Assembly (NCBI RefSeq): GCF_004010195.1
Contig: NC_057711.1
Coordinates: 70,539,018 to 70,603,017, forward strand
DNA: 64,000 nt
Direction: 5' to 3'
From: Chiloscyllium plagiosum
Taxonomy: Eukaryota
The notes under the pieces are model-generated. The model ran no database searches and was not told where the DNA came from. It saw nothing but the letters and a program-made list of their open reading frames with translations. Below, piece by piece: positions 37,446-50,485 of this stretch. The position numbers and the translations under genes are program-made. Each line of letters begins with the position of its first letter. Within the stretch, counting starts at the first letter, position 1.

Positions 37446-39020
37446 TCATAGAATCATACAGATGTGCAGCACAGAAACAGACCCTTCAGTCCAATTCGCC
37501 CAAACTGACCAGATATTGCAACCTAATCTAGTCCCATTTGCCAGCACTCTTGAACCCTTCCTATTCACATAACCATCCAGATGTCTTTTAAATGTGGCAA
37601 TTGTACCAGCCTCCAACATTTCTTCTGCCAGCTCATTCCATACATGCACCATGCTCTGCATGAAAATATTGCCCCTCGGGTCCCTTTTATATCTTTCCCT
37701 CTCACCCTAAATCTATGCCCTCTAGTTCTGAACTTCCCGCCCCTGGAAAAAGGCTCTCTATTTATCCTATCCATGCCCCTCATGATTTTATAAACCTCTA
37801 TAAGGTCACCCCTCAGCCTTTCACACTCCAGGGACAACAGCCTCAGCCTATTCAACCTCCCTCTATAGCTCAAATACTCCAACCCTGGCAACATGCTTGT
37901 AAATCTTTACTGAATCCTTTCAAGTTTCACACCATCTTTCCGATAGGAAGGAGAACAGAATTGCACGCAGTATTCCACAAGTGGCCTAACAACTGTCCTG
38001 TATAGCTGCAATATGACCTTCCAAATCCTATACTCAATGCTCTGACCAGTAAAGGAAAGTATACCAAACGCCGCCCTCATTATTCTATCTCCCTGCGACT
38101 CCACTTTCAAGGAGCTATGAACCTGCACTCCAAGGTCTCTTTGTTCAGCAACACTCCCTAGGACCTTACCATTAAGAGTATAAGTCCCGCTAAGATTTGC
38201 TTTCCCAAAATGCAGCACCTCGCATTTATCTAAATTAAATTCCATCTACAACTTCTCAACCCAGTGGCTCATCTGATCAAGATACTGTTATAATCTGTAG
38301 TAACCTTTTTTGCTGTCCACTACACCTCCAATTTTGGTGTCATCTGCAAATTTACTAACTATACGTCTTATGCTCACATCTAAATCATTTATAAAAATGA
38401 CGAAAAGTAGTGGACCCAGCACTGATCCTTGTGGCACTCCAATGGTCACAGGCCTCCAATTTGAAAAACAACCCTCCACTACCACCCTCTGTCTTCCATC
38501 TTTTGAGCCAGTTCAGTATCCAAATGGCTAGTTCTCCCTGTATTCCATGAGATCTAACCTTGCTCACCAGTCCCCCATAAGGAACCTTGTCGAACCTTAT
38601 TGAAGTCCATATAGATCACATCTACCGCTCTGTCCTCATCAATTCTCTTTGTTACTTCTTTAAAAAAACTCAATCAAGTTTGTGAGACATGATTTCCCAT
38701 GCACAAAGCCATGTTGACTAACCTTGACCAGTCCTTGCCTTTCCAAATATGTGTAAATCGTGTCCCTCAGGATTCCCTGCAACAACTTGCCCACCACCGA
38801 CGTCAGGCTCACCGGTCTATAGCTCCCTGGCTAGTCCTTTCCACCCTTCTTAAATAATGGTACTACGTTAGCCAACCTCCAGTCTTTTGGCACCTTACCT
38901 ATGACTATCGATGATACAAATATCTCCGCAAAGGGCCCAGCAAACACTCCCCTAGCTTCCCACAGAGTTCTAGGGTACATTTGATCAGGTCTTGGGGATT
39001 TATCCACCTTTATGCATTTC
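37446..39020 (-). mobile_element. HER1/CR1 LINE, 5'-truncated, RT core retained
   Basis: [46 protein letters not shown] and LYRTVVRPLVEYCVQF. Frameshifted. Confidence 0.93.
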
Positions 39021-39137
39021 TACTTAGCAAAAATGTATTTAGCCTATATAATCAGTATTGGTTATCTTTCCTCCATCATTCTTTCATGATGGTTAATTGA
39101 CAAGTGTTTTGGGTTGTTGATTACAATGTTGGGAAGT

Positions 39138-39755
39138 TGTAACAAGTGGAATGATAACTGATTTAATCAGTGAGTTAGATTCCGGACTGAAATCTGGCTT
39201 CAAGGATTTTCTTTGGTTTAAACAAGGTGGTCTTTCACTGAAACGCAAACATACAATGCTGCAGATTCAGCTTTAATAATACAATAGAGTTAAGCAAAAG
39301 CAATGAAGATAAAAAAAGAATAAATAAGACTGTTTACATACATTATATGTTAAAAGACTTGGGAGTGTACAATAGAAATGCAATCTCACTAATTGCAACA
39401 GCTTTCCATTTAAATAATCAAACACTAAAGAGAATGCCTTGTTTTCTCCAATGTATGGATGTTTCTCCAAGCCAGTCAAAAAGAAATTCCAGAATATTTG
39501 ACCTGAAAGCTGAATACAGTACACAGTGCACTCAAAACTCTCCCAATGTAAACAAATTTCCATTCGTCTCTAAACTCTATTTCTTAGACTTGGTTTTCAA
39601 AAGAACCGATCATGACTTCCAAAATATGTAAAAGTTATAAACATTAAACCCTTCAGACATATAAAAAGCCCATGTATTACTAGTTCAACTTCAGAAGTCC
39701 AAACTCAAAAATAAAAGATCTGAAAATTCACATAAATCACATTCTTAATCTTACA
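39138..39755. mobile_element. Possible solo LTR
   Basis: TGTAACA...TCTTACA termini and near-TSD aagt/aatt. Non-coding, A-rich interior. Confidence 0.35.
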
Positions 39756-41638
39756 AATTTGACCAGTGTGTAATGGGGTACACAGTGGGATTGAGATTAA
39801 TTTCACCAACCCCAACCCCTGTCACATGATGAACAAGAAAGAGTTCAGAGTTAAAAATGAAAACTGTGAAATGCAACTAACCTTTGCAACAAATCTGTGC
39901 ACTTATTATAGTGTAGGTTGTCTGTTGTGCCTGTGCCCTGCTCTTGTCTGAGCAACAGTAATGCTTGAGTTAAACTTTCACTGTGCAGTTAGAAGCCTGG
40001 TTTCAGATTAGTGCTGACCAGTGCTGGGACTCGAGAAACTATGTCATGATAACCATGTCAACTGGAGTAGATAGATTAAGTGTGATAAACATTCAGGAGT
40101 GCTCCTTGTTGACTCCCCACCCACCCCAAGCCCCCTTCAAGCAAATCTGTTGACTGTGGTTTCTCTTCACTTACGTTCCAGAAAATTCCTGCCTGTGCCT
40201 TGCTTCCCTCTTCCTGTTCGCCCCACCAGAAATAGTGAGGTCAGTGTGTCAGACTTGGGCTTGCTTCCTGTTATTGCAGACAGAGTATCTTTATAATTGT
40301 TATAACCTTAGTCATCTCTTCATTGACTGCTGTGTAAGAGAAAATGTCTCAAAATTTTGAACAGGCCAAACTATTAGACAAGTTGATACTAATAAATACT
40401 CACAGCAGTTTGGTTTCTTGAGTCTTGATCATCAGAACAAATTATAATAACTTCTCTGAATTTTCCTTTATTATTTTTATATTTTAGTTCTTGTTTATAC
40501 GTATGCTCTTGTATTGTGCATATGGACTTCTGACTTAAGCTTATCTGTACTTCAAAATTTATTTTATGGACATAACAAGCTCATTTGACCTTTGAAATTT
40601 TGGTGATGTTGATAGCAAGTCCTGGTATTTTGATTACCCCAATATGTTAAGTTAATGTTTTAGATGCTTCTTCATTAGTGCTTCAAATATTGTTATTTTC
40701 TCTGGTGCTTTTTTTTTTCTTGTACGCACACTAGTCCATACTGCAAGAAAACTATCACAACAGCGAAGTGCTATTAAAATGGTTTGCTTCTTTTCTTTTA
40801 CCACATACATGTTTCTCCAAAAATTTTCCCCTCCCAAAAGAAAATCCGTGAAATAGCCAGCATAAGGTCACTGGCCTTGGCTCGCCAATGGGAGTTTTGA
40901 CCGACTTGTTGCTGGAATTAAGACCTTCACTGCTGGCCCATTGGTAAGATTGACCCGAGTCATAGAATCAGTGTGCTGAGCTTGTGCTGGAACATTGTAT
41001 TATGATGCTGAATGCATGACGTATTGGATCAGCTCAGTATCTATTCCTGGCCATGCTTTCTTAGTTTTAAATTGAGGATTAATTAAACAGGAATCAAATC
41101 TGTATTATCCTTCGCCTTCAATCTCTTGTATGTCGATTTGCAAGCTGATTCCTAAAGAGAAGAGCAGGATAAATAAATCGCTAGTTGTGCAAAATCAATT
41201 GCATTAGTACCTTTACTAAGTGCTTCTGTAAGCCTCTGTAATTGTCTTCTCGTTTGCTAAAACCATAAAAAGTTCTGGAAACCATGATATTAGACATTTA
41301 AGCAAGATGTTAGTTTCTGAGGTCACCTTTATTCAGAACCATATTTGTGAATCTCTACCTTGACTAGCATTTATAAATCTTTTACTTATGAGTGGAGATT
41401 TCAATACAGTATGCGTATTTTGGGCCAAAGGGCAGGTTAAAAGTGGTGGTGTATTTCATGTATCATCGTTGAGTTGAATAATCTGAAGGTCAAGAGTGAG
41501 GGAAAATGGGTTTATAAATCCAAGATAGTTATTACAACAAGAATGTGAAAACCTTTGCAATTCTCAGGCACAAATAGTTGGACTAGCATTAGAATATTAT
41601 TCTCTAACAGAAAAGTTGCTTCAAGTGATCTGAGGTAA

Positions 41639-41755
41639 AATGGAGATCCAGGTCTTTCATATCGTCTGATCATATGCTATAATGCAGTGTGTGTGTGTGT
41701 GTGTCACTGTATTATAGCATGTGACTTGATGATATAAACGATCTCAATCTCCATT
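41639..41755. repeat. Imperfect palindrome, 51-bp arms around a (TG)n loop
   Basis: Arms 41639-41689 and 41705-41755 with 40 Watson-Crick and 5 G-U pairs out of 51 on +, no indels. Confidence 0.85.
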
Positions 41756-44700
41756 ACATTGGCATACTGACCGTTAGATAGAATAAAGCAGTCCCTTGGC
41801 TCCAGACATAAACAAAAGATTATCCCACATCGATGTATATGTTTATTCGTTTTACAAACAGGTTAAATGGAATTTACAATAAATGGGCAATAAATGCTGG
41901 TCTAGCCAGCAATGCCGTTGTCCTGTGAATGGTTAAGAAAAATCAAGACTAACATCACAAAAGTGTAATACTTTTGTGACTTCAGAACTCGTCCTGATCT
42001 GGTGATGATCTGTTGTTCTCTCTCGCACTCGTTTGACAATTCTATTGTCTTGCTGCTGGGTTTTCTCCATCAACATAATTGCACAATCATCACTGCTGAT
42101 TGTTCTTGCTCACTCTGTTCATGGATGATTGGTGTCACGTGCTATGATGCACTGATATTCTTGACGAGCATGTCTTAAAATATTTTGACTGAGAGAGCTT
42201 ATACACATTGCATCTTTGTATGCATTCTATGTCTCTGGCTTTGGAAGTATGGTGGTTATGTTACTGAGGCAAGAATTAATAACCAAAAGGCATTGACTCC
42301 AAATCCTGCTATGGGCCTTCAGTGGTTTAAAAGATGTTGTGGTAATAATAGGGATAACAAAAATAATAAAAGTGATCATAAAACTTTGTAGCAGATTATT
42401 GTAAAAAGTGAATTGCCCCTCTCTCCCCATCTTTTTGGGGAAGGAAAGTGACATCCTTTTGAAAGTCTGGTGTAAAAATGACTGCTGTCACTCACTAGCA
42501 TGGTTACTCTTTACTGTTCACCAAAATATCTGAGCCAGTCACTGCAGGAAAAAGTGCAGCTGGTCTTGTTAGTGACATCTATATCCTGAAACAACTTTAA
42601 AACAACTTGCGTTCCTCTTATGAAATGAAGGCCTAGAGAGTAAAAGTGTAAAAATCCACCCTCTTCTTTCTTTTGTCAAGGAAGCGAGTAGCATAGGTTT
42701 CCATTTTGCAGACAAGAGAAACAGTATCAGGAGAATGATATACTTGACTCTCTACTGATCGCAGTCTTTTGTGTCGCATCTATTGTTATGAATTATAACA
42801 ACTTGATTTTTAATGAAGCTTTGCATTCTGACTTAGTTAATTTTAATATATGTGGTTCTTGACTGATTGGATTAATTTAGGGCTAGCTATACAGGATGTT
42901 TTCTGTTTTTCATGAAAACAGTAAAATTTGCTTTGTTAGCAGTTCTGGGTTATTGCCGCTAAATGGTAAACAGTCAAGTTCTTCTGACAGCTTTGGTTGC
43001 ATTTCTAATGTGCAGTAAAATTGTTCCTTTCGTACTGTACTATGGAATATTTCCTGCAAACAGAGGGCAATTAGCTAAGTCAGAATGAAAAGCTTCATCA
43101 AAAATCAAGTTGTTATAGTTCACAGCAATAGATACAGCACAAAAGACTGAGATCAGTATAAACTCAACTATATCATTCCCCTGATACTTTTTCTCTTGTC
43201 TGCTAAGTGGAAGCCTATGCTACTTGCTTCCGTGACGACGGAAAGAAGAGGGTGGATTTGTACACTTTTACTCTCTAGGCCTTCATTTCACAAAGAGGAA
43301 TGTCCTTTGCAGGTTAAATGTCTGTGGTGGCTCGAAGGCCTAACTTGGGAGGATTATTTCTCAGTGGTGCAGCACATTTGACTGTGTTGACATTGTCATG
43401 TGAAAAAAAGAGTGAATATATTTCAGTGCAAGCTGTAACAGTGTATCCTTGTGGCTTTATGCAGCAACCTCAATGCACATGTGTAACAGCAATAAAACTA
43501 TGAATTCTCTTCATGCGTTTGGTTAGCTCACATTAATATGGCAAAGTCTTGGACATCCTACTAACTAGTTTTTGTGTATTTGAATTAGTTACGAACATGT
43601 GCCTCCAATTATCAGTAGTGTAACTGTTGCTGCTGAAAGTATCTTCAAGTAAGCCTGGGCTGTCATGCTTCCTGGTCACAACATGTTGAAGACTGTTGAA
43701 AGCACTTTTATGTACACATCTGGTATGTCCTTACAGTTTGTCAGAACTGTATTAAGGTCTTCTTGCCAGCTTGTCTTTATTTGTTTTTCCTGTGCTATTG
43801 TATATTATTACTTGCTCATGGGTAGGGGTCAACATTTTATTGTCCATCACTGTTATCGTTGAGAAGGTGATACTGAGCTGCCTTCCTGCAGCACTGCACT
43901 CCTGGGGTATGGGGCACCCACAATGCTGTTAGGGAGGGAAGTATGAGATCTTGTGAAATTGCGAGATCAGTCTCTTAGTTTAAGTTGGCAAACAAAGTCC
44001 TTGACCTGAATGGTCTAGGTTAATTTGTCAGAAGCAACAATTGGAGTGTTCAAAATACAATTTGTCTTTTTTTGAACAAATTGAGTATCTTAATGCATGA
44101 ATTATGTTGCAGCTGGGTTGTGTGCTTACTTAAATAACCCCTTCACATACAGCTGCTGTCCTCATTTGAACATAAAGAGCCCCTTATCCCTTTGCCTAGA
44201 GCACTGATATTCTATGTCTGTACAGATTTGTAGAGTCGGACTGATATTTGTTTTAAAACATTGCCTCTTGACACATTTGGGTAAGTTTTCTGTAGCTTAA
44301 TAGGATTGAAATGGCTGCATGTCACAATCTGAAATTAATTTCTTGAAGCAGAGGCAGCTGCAGAGTCGTATTTTATCATTGGCCCATCATTATATTTTGT
44401 CATTTTAATCGGTCAAAGGAAAAGAAAGGGGGAGACAGGTGGTGAAGCACAGAGTTGTAATTCAGAGTTAAGTGTACAGTTCAAAACAGTTGGCAGCTAT
44501 CATTCTGTTTCATTTTCTATTTCTGTTCCAGGTGCACAGCATCTGCTCTCTGTATTTTCAAGCTTTTGTTGCATTCTTGTGAAAAGATTTTTAGCTTATC
44601 AATTGTATGTGCACCTATTTTTTCTGTTGTATTGATTTTTGTACTTTCCAAAGATGAGTCAGGAGGTTGAGAAGGATTATTTGAAAAGAGCCGGGGTTAA

Positions 44701-45774
44701 TTTGTTAATCATAAATCATTAATTTATAAATTAAATCAAATACGTATGACTGGTGATGTTTTGCTGCTGTAGCATGTGGGAGCTTGTCGACACCGATGTG
44801 GTCCAGTGTGAACACACCAGTGGTAAGTGTTTGCAACTCAAACTTCAGATCCAGGTTGAACAGCTCGAGTCTGAACTGCAGACATTTCAATACATCAAAG
44901 ACGGGAAAAGCAAGCTGGACACCTTGCCCAAGAGTGTAGTCACAGTCCTCAGACTAGATAATTCAAAATCGACCTGTGATCAAGAACAAGGTGTGATTGC
45001 AGGTATGAGGACTCATGTTGCAATGGAGGATCCTTAGCCCCTGAAATTATCCAATATTTACAATGTTCTTGCAAGCTCTGTGAATGAGAGTGGGGAATGC
45101 AGTGATCTACAGCAATCTTACCATGGCACCTGAGTACATGGGAGCCATTTGGGTGGCATAGCAATGTTATTGTGGTAGGAGACATATTATTCTCTGCAAC
45201 TGTGAGCGAGAGTCTCAAAAGCTGGATTGTCTGTCTAGTGCCAGGGTTAAGGACATCTTCTTGGGGCTGGCAAAGAATTTGGAGGGAGAGGGAGGAATCT
45301 AGTCATCCATGTTGATACCAACTACATTGCAAGGACTAAAAAGGAGTCTCTGCTGAATGGCGTGAACAGTTAGCAGCTAAATTTAAAAAGTAGAACCTCC
45401 AGGGTCATAATCTCTGGAGTGCTATCTGAGCCGTGGGCAAATTGGCAGACGAGTTAAAAGAGTGGCTCAAAGATTGGAGTGGGTGGAATGGGCTTCAGTT
45501 CATGTGGCATTGACACCAGTTACTGCAGGTCGAAGGAAGCTGTACTGGTGGGTTGGGTTTCACTTTCAGCACGCTGGAATTAGCGTCCTATCGAAGTGGA
45601 TAGGTAGGGTGGTATAGAGATCTTTAAACTAACTTGAAAAGCTAGGGCGGCAAGAATTTGGCAGATAGGACAAAAGCAGAAATTGCTGGAAAAATTCAGG
45701 TCTGGCAGCATCTGTGGAGAGAAAGCAGAGTTAACATTTTGGGTCCAGCCTCTCTTCCTCAGAAGGAAAAGAAA

Positions 45775-46025
45775 GGGAGGCGATAGCCTCGTGGTATTAT
45801 CACTGGACTGTTAATCCAGAAACCCAGGCAATGTTCAGGGGGACTTGGGTTCAAATCCCGCCATGGCAGATAGTGAAATTTGAATTCAACAACAAAAAAA
45901 AATTCATGACCATGAATCCATTGTCAATTGTTGGAAAAACTCAGCTGTTTCGCTACTGTGCTATCGGGAGGGAAACTACCATCCTTACTCAGTCTGGCCT
46001 ACATGTGACCCCAGACTCCCAGCAA
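45775..46025 (+). mobile_element. tRNA-derived Deu-domain SINE (SacSINE1-like), 3'-truncated
   Basis: tRNA-like head (tagcctcgtggtatta..gggttcaaatccc) followed by a Deu-like core (gggagggaaactaccatccttactcagtctggcctacatgtgac). Confidence 0.7.
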
Positions 46026-46613
46026 GACAATATAGCCGCATTGCAAGGCAGCTGTTTGAATAACAACACCCAGAATGGGCCAGGAGAACACAGAGTATAC
46101 ACACATAGAAAAACAGCAGTAGATAGGGTGAGAGGAGGAAAATTGGTAAAAATTAGTAGCAGTTTGCTTAAATGAGCATAGTATTTGAAACAAAATGAAT
46201 TAATTCACAGTACAAATACAGATAAATGGTTATGACCTTATAGCCATTACAGAGATGTGGTTGCAAGAGGATCAAAGCTGAGACTAAATACATGGGTATA
46301 TCACTTTGAAAGAGTGGCAGAGCCGCATTATTAGTCCGGTGTGCAATAAGTACAAGAGCAATAAATTATTTTTGATTAGAATGTACACGATTCATATGTG
46401 TCGAGGTAAGAAACAACAAGGGGAGTTGTCCGTAGGTAGCTATTTAAAATAAATTAGGAGGTAATGAGGCCATGGAAAAAAAGCGGCAGTATATTAAATA
46501 TGTGTGACTGTAATCTTCACCTAGATTGGCAAAGGTAGCCAAGCGGAAGAATTTATTGTGTGTTCTAGATTGTTTTCCACAATAGTATGTTGTGGATGAT
46601 GAACTGGTGGAAT

Positions 46614-47929
46614 GTAGGTTTAAGAAATGATTTCTGAGTAACAGCGAATGTAATATGGTAGAATTTGGTATTCAGTCTGAGAGGGAGGAACTCGGGCCAA
46701 AAACAACAGTGCTAAGCTTAGTTGAGGATAATTAAAAATGAATAAGGCCAGAGCTAGCTGGAGTAGTCTGGGAAAAGAGCTTAGCTGCGAAGGTCTTTGA
46801 GGATCATTGGCAGACATTTGAGAAAATAGTCATGGCTCACAACAAATATATTTTCCAGCGAGAAGGACAGATTCTAGCAAGATAAGTTAACCATTGTTAA
46901 CCAGGGAAATTGAGGCTGGTGTCAAATTGAAAAAAAAACATTGTTAACGATTAGTAGTAACCAGAGGATTGGGAAAGTTTCAAAACCCATCACAAGATAA
47001 CCAAAAACAAAGAGGGGGAAGATAAACTTTGAGACTAAACTTCCAAGTAATATCAAGACTGACACCAAGAACTTCTGTAAACATATACAAAGCAGATGAA
47101 AGGCTAAAGTTAATATCGGCTCCTGGGAAACAAGGCTGGGGAAGTAATAATGGGCAGCCAGGTAATAGGTTGAATACATATTTTGCATCAGTCTTCATGA
47201 TAAAATACACTAATCGCATCCCAAAATTACTAAATATTGAAAGACAAAAGAAGGAGAAATAAGTACAATGACTATCACTAGAGAAAGAATGCTGGTGTAA
47301 TAAATAGGGCTAAAGACCACCAAGTTCTCTGGACCTGATGGAATGCCTTCTTGGATATTGAAACAAATAGTTGTATCTAGATTGAAGACCTAGCAATGAT
47401 AAAATGGAGCTGAAAATGTGTTGCTGGAAAAGTGCAGCAGGTCAGGCAGCATCCAAGGAACAGGAGAATCGATGTTTCGGGCATGAGCCCTTCTTCAGGA
47501 AACCATGATAAAATGGAGCTGAGATAAGAAGGTGATACATTTTCAGGATGATAATTAGTGGAGTGTGACAGATGGTGGGAGGAGTAGATCCTTCTGAGTA
47601 GTGAATCTTTGGAATTCTTCACCATAGAGGGCCATTGTTAAGTGTATTTGTTAACTATGTTCAAGGCTGAGATGGACAGACAGATTTTTAATCAGTAGGT
47701 TTACGAAATGATTTCTGAGTAACAGCGAATGTAATATGGTAGAATTTAGCATTCAGTCTGAGAGGGAGGAACTCAGGCCAAAAACAACAGTGCTAACCTT
47801 AGTTGAGGATAATTAGAAATGAATAAGGCCAGACCTAGCTGGAGTGGTCTGGGAAAAGAGCTTAGTTGCAAAGGTATTTGGGGATCAATGGCAGACATTT
47901 GAGAAAATAGTCATGGCTCACAACAAATA
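46614..47929 (+). repeat. Dispersed 235-bp direct duplication (46614-46848 and 47695-47929)
   Basis: About 13 substitutions and no indels by manual comparison; offset 1081 bp. Confidence 0.92.
47414..47504 (-). mobile_element. Short Penelope-like terminal fragment
   Basis: Flanking duplication atgataaaatggagctga at 47396-47413 and 47505-47522. The last bases are microhomologous to the element end. Confidence 0.85.
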
Positions 47930-48068
47930 ATGCTGTAGGGTTGGAGGGTCCCTAGGTGGAAGATGCGGTGTTCTTCATCCAGGCATCGGGTGGTTCGGGA
48001 TTGGCAGCGGAGGAGGCCCAGGACCTGCATGTCCTTGGTGGAATGTTTTATGCAGGTGTCCTGGAGAT
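47930..48068 (-). mobile_element. Penelope (Neptune-type) endonuclease C-terminal fragment
   Basis: Minus peptide KDMQVLGLLRCQSRTTRCLDEEHRIFHLGTLQP. Homologous to 49770-49950. Confidence 0.8.
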
Positions 48069-49478
48069 CCATAATTATCGGGAAAAGGCACAAAAGTGGA
48101 ATTGAAAACTAACAGGTCAGCTGTGATCTCATTGAATGACGATCAGACTGAATGTCCTATTTCTGCTCTTAAATCTGATGATTATCTGCTTGGTATCTCT
48201 GAATAAAATCAATTGCAAAACATTTCAACTTTGTCTTCTGTAGTTATGGTTGGACATCATTGAGGATATTTATGGTGTTGTCTCTAGTTAGTTGTTGGAC
48301 CATCTATCATTTTCATTGGGATGTGGCAGACTGCAAAGCTTTATTCTGATTCACAAGTTGTGGTTCTTTATCTATTGCATGTTGGTTTTTGCTGTTTGCA
48401 TGCATACCTGTGTTGTAGCTTCAATATGTTGCTGACTTATTTTTAGAGACTATTTCTGATACGCTCCTTTTACATCTTTCATTGGGTTGGCCATCTGGCA
48501 CAAAGTAATAGAGAATGCCCATGGTGTAAATTCGGGACTTAATCTTGATAAGGACCTTATGGTGGTTACTTCTCTGTGGTGTTGCTGATAGATACATCTG
48601 CAACAGTAGCTTGCTGAGAACCAAGTAGGCTATCTCCTTCCTATCTCTAACCTTTTTCAGCCCTGCATGCCTTTTGAGCATTTGAGTCAAGCATTTGGTC
48701 CAAATTTCTCGTTCTTTGGCCTAATGTTTAAAAAGTGTTCCATTGGTACCACTTAGTTTGTTACATGCCTTGTGCCATTTGCTATACTAAAATTTCTATG
48801 TAAATACAATCTGTAGTTAATTCTACCACTGTATGGCTAGTCCAGTTATTCATGAAACATGAGCACAGCTCTCAGCATGGCAGGAGTGAGAACTTGAGTC
48901 CCACTGTAACTGTACAAACAAATCAGATGCATTCCAATTTGCATATTCTGCATTAGATTTCCTTGTCGGTAGTCAGTGGTTCTGTTTGAGAAAAAAAAAC
49001 ATATTCTCTCTTTAGCTAACAGCCTGCCAGGTGAACATGTAAATTCATATTTGAAGTGTCACTTGCTAGTGTGTTGATGAGTCATCTGTTGGTTAGTTTC
49101 AATTGATTTTTATTGGTTAGTTTCAGTGTGTCAACTGAAATTGGCTGCGTAAATAATATTGTAATAAAATGTCTTTCTCCACATTGGTTCATGATTTCTA
49201 TAGCGCGATTCTCACGATTTGATCTTGATATGAGGTCTGGATAAATTTCTCATCTTTCCTCATCAGAAATTTCAACAACATGTCTATTAACGTTTGCTGA
49301 TAAACCTGATCAAATGCTTTTCATGGTCTAAGATCAAATTTTCTTTATTTCTGTAAGGTATATTGAAGATTGCTCTAGGGTTATGTATTTCACCTCTTCT
49401 TCTACCTCAGACTGTGTTTGACGAATCTCTGCTCCGGATGTATCTTTCTTTCTGATTTTTGACAACCACTTTAATGAG

Positions 49479-50485
49479 CGGGAGAATCGATATTCCAGGC
49501 AAAAGCCCTTCATCAAGAATGAGGCTGTGAGCCGAGGTGGGTTGTGAGATAAAAGGGAGGGGATGGGGCTGGGGGCAAAGTAGATGAGTGAGAGATGGGT
49601 AAATAGAGGTGGGGGTGAAAATGATAGATTGGAGAGGACAATGGAGTGGATAGGTGGGAAGGAAGATGGACAGGTAGGATAAGTCATGAGGGCAGTGCTG
49701 AGCTGGAAGGTTGGAACTGGGATAAGGTGGGGGGAGGGGAAATGAGGAAAGTGGTGAAATCCACATTGATGCTGTGGGGTTGGAGGGTCCAGAGGTGAAA
49801 GATGAGGCGGCTTCTTCCAGCGTCGGTGGTTCAGGAGTGGTGGTGGAGGCGGCCCAGAACCTGCATGTCCTTGGCGGAATGGGAGGTGGAATTGAAATGT
49901 TCAACCAAGGGGCAGTGGGATGGTTGGTGCGGGTGTCCTGGAGATGTTCTCTGAAGTGCTTTGTGAGTAGGTGTCTGGTCTCACCAATGTAGAGGAGACC
50001 ACATCGAGAACAATGGATACAGTAAATGACATGAGTAGAAGTGCAGATAAAACTTTGATGGATGTGGAAGGCTTCTTTGGGGCCTTGGACGGAGGTGAAG
50101 GGGGAAGGTGTGGGCACAAGTTTTGCAATTCCTGCAGTGGGAGAGGAAGGTGCCCTGAGGGGAGGGTTGGTTGGTGGGGGCTGTGAACCCGGCGGAGTTG
50201 AGGAGGGAACTGTCTTTACGGAAAGCGGATCGGGACAGGGAAATATATCTCTGGTGGTGAGGTCAGTTTGAAGGTAGGGGAAATGGCGGAGAATGATGCA
50301 ATGTATATGGACAGCACCCCTCCCATTTATCTCACCACCCCCTCTGCTCACAGCCTCATTCCTGATGAAGGGCTTTTGCCCGAACCATTGTTTCTCCTGC
50401 TCCTCAGGTGCTGCCTGACCTGCTGTGTGTTTTGAGCACCACACTCGACTCTCATCTCCAGCATCTGCATTCCTCACCTTCGCAT
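49479..50485 (-). mobile_element. Penelope-like (Neptune-type) element: GIY-YIG body on minus plus inverted pseudo-LTR with tail
   Basis: 15-bp TSD aaccactttaatgag at 49464-49478 and 50486-50500. CRNCKTCAH linker zinc motif (~50110-50138, minus) and TSTHVIYCIHCSRCGLLYIGET..FREH. Orientation flips at ~50311. Confidence 0.93.

Larger units (their letters stand above)
44700..48190 (+). mobile_element. Heavily decayed CR1 LINE spanning ORF1 (zinc-finger/zipper + SGNH esterase), ORF2 endonuclease and 3' end, with nested insertions; RT core absent
   Basis: CCCSMWE..HTSGKCLQL..VEQLESEL (44753), CLxxARVKD (~45228), HVDTNYI (~45308), VIISG (~45404), GFH (~45556), APE motif INGYDLIAITEMWL (~46222) and CR1 3' end at 47590-48190. 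Confidence 0.75.

Noticed and set aside
49407..50477. 356-aa ORF, the longest in the track
   Set aside because: It reads across an orientation switch and frameshifts of a Penelope copy. Only parts are real GIY-YIG/linker sequence, so it is not a gene.
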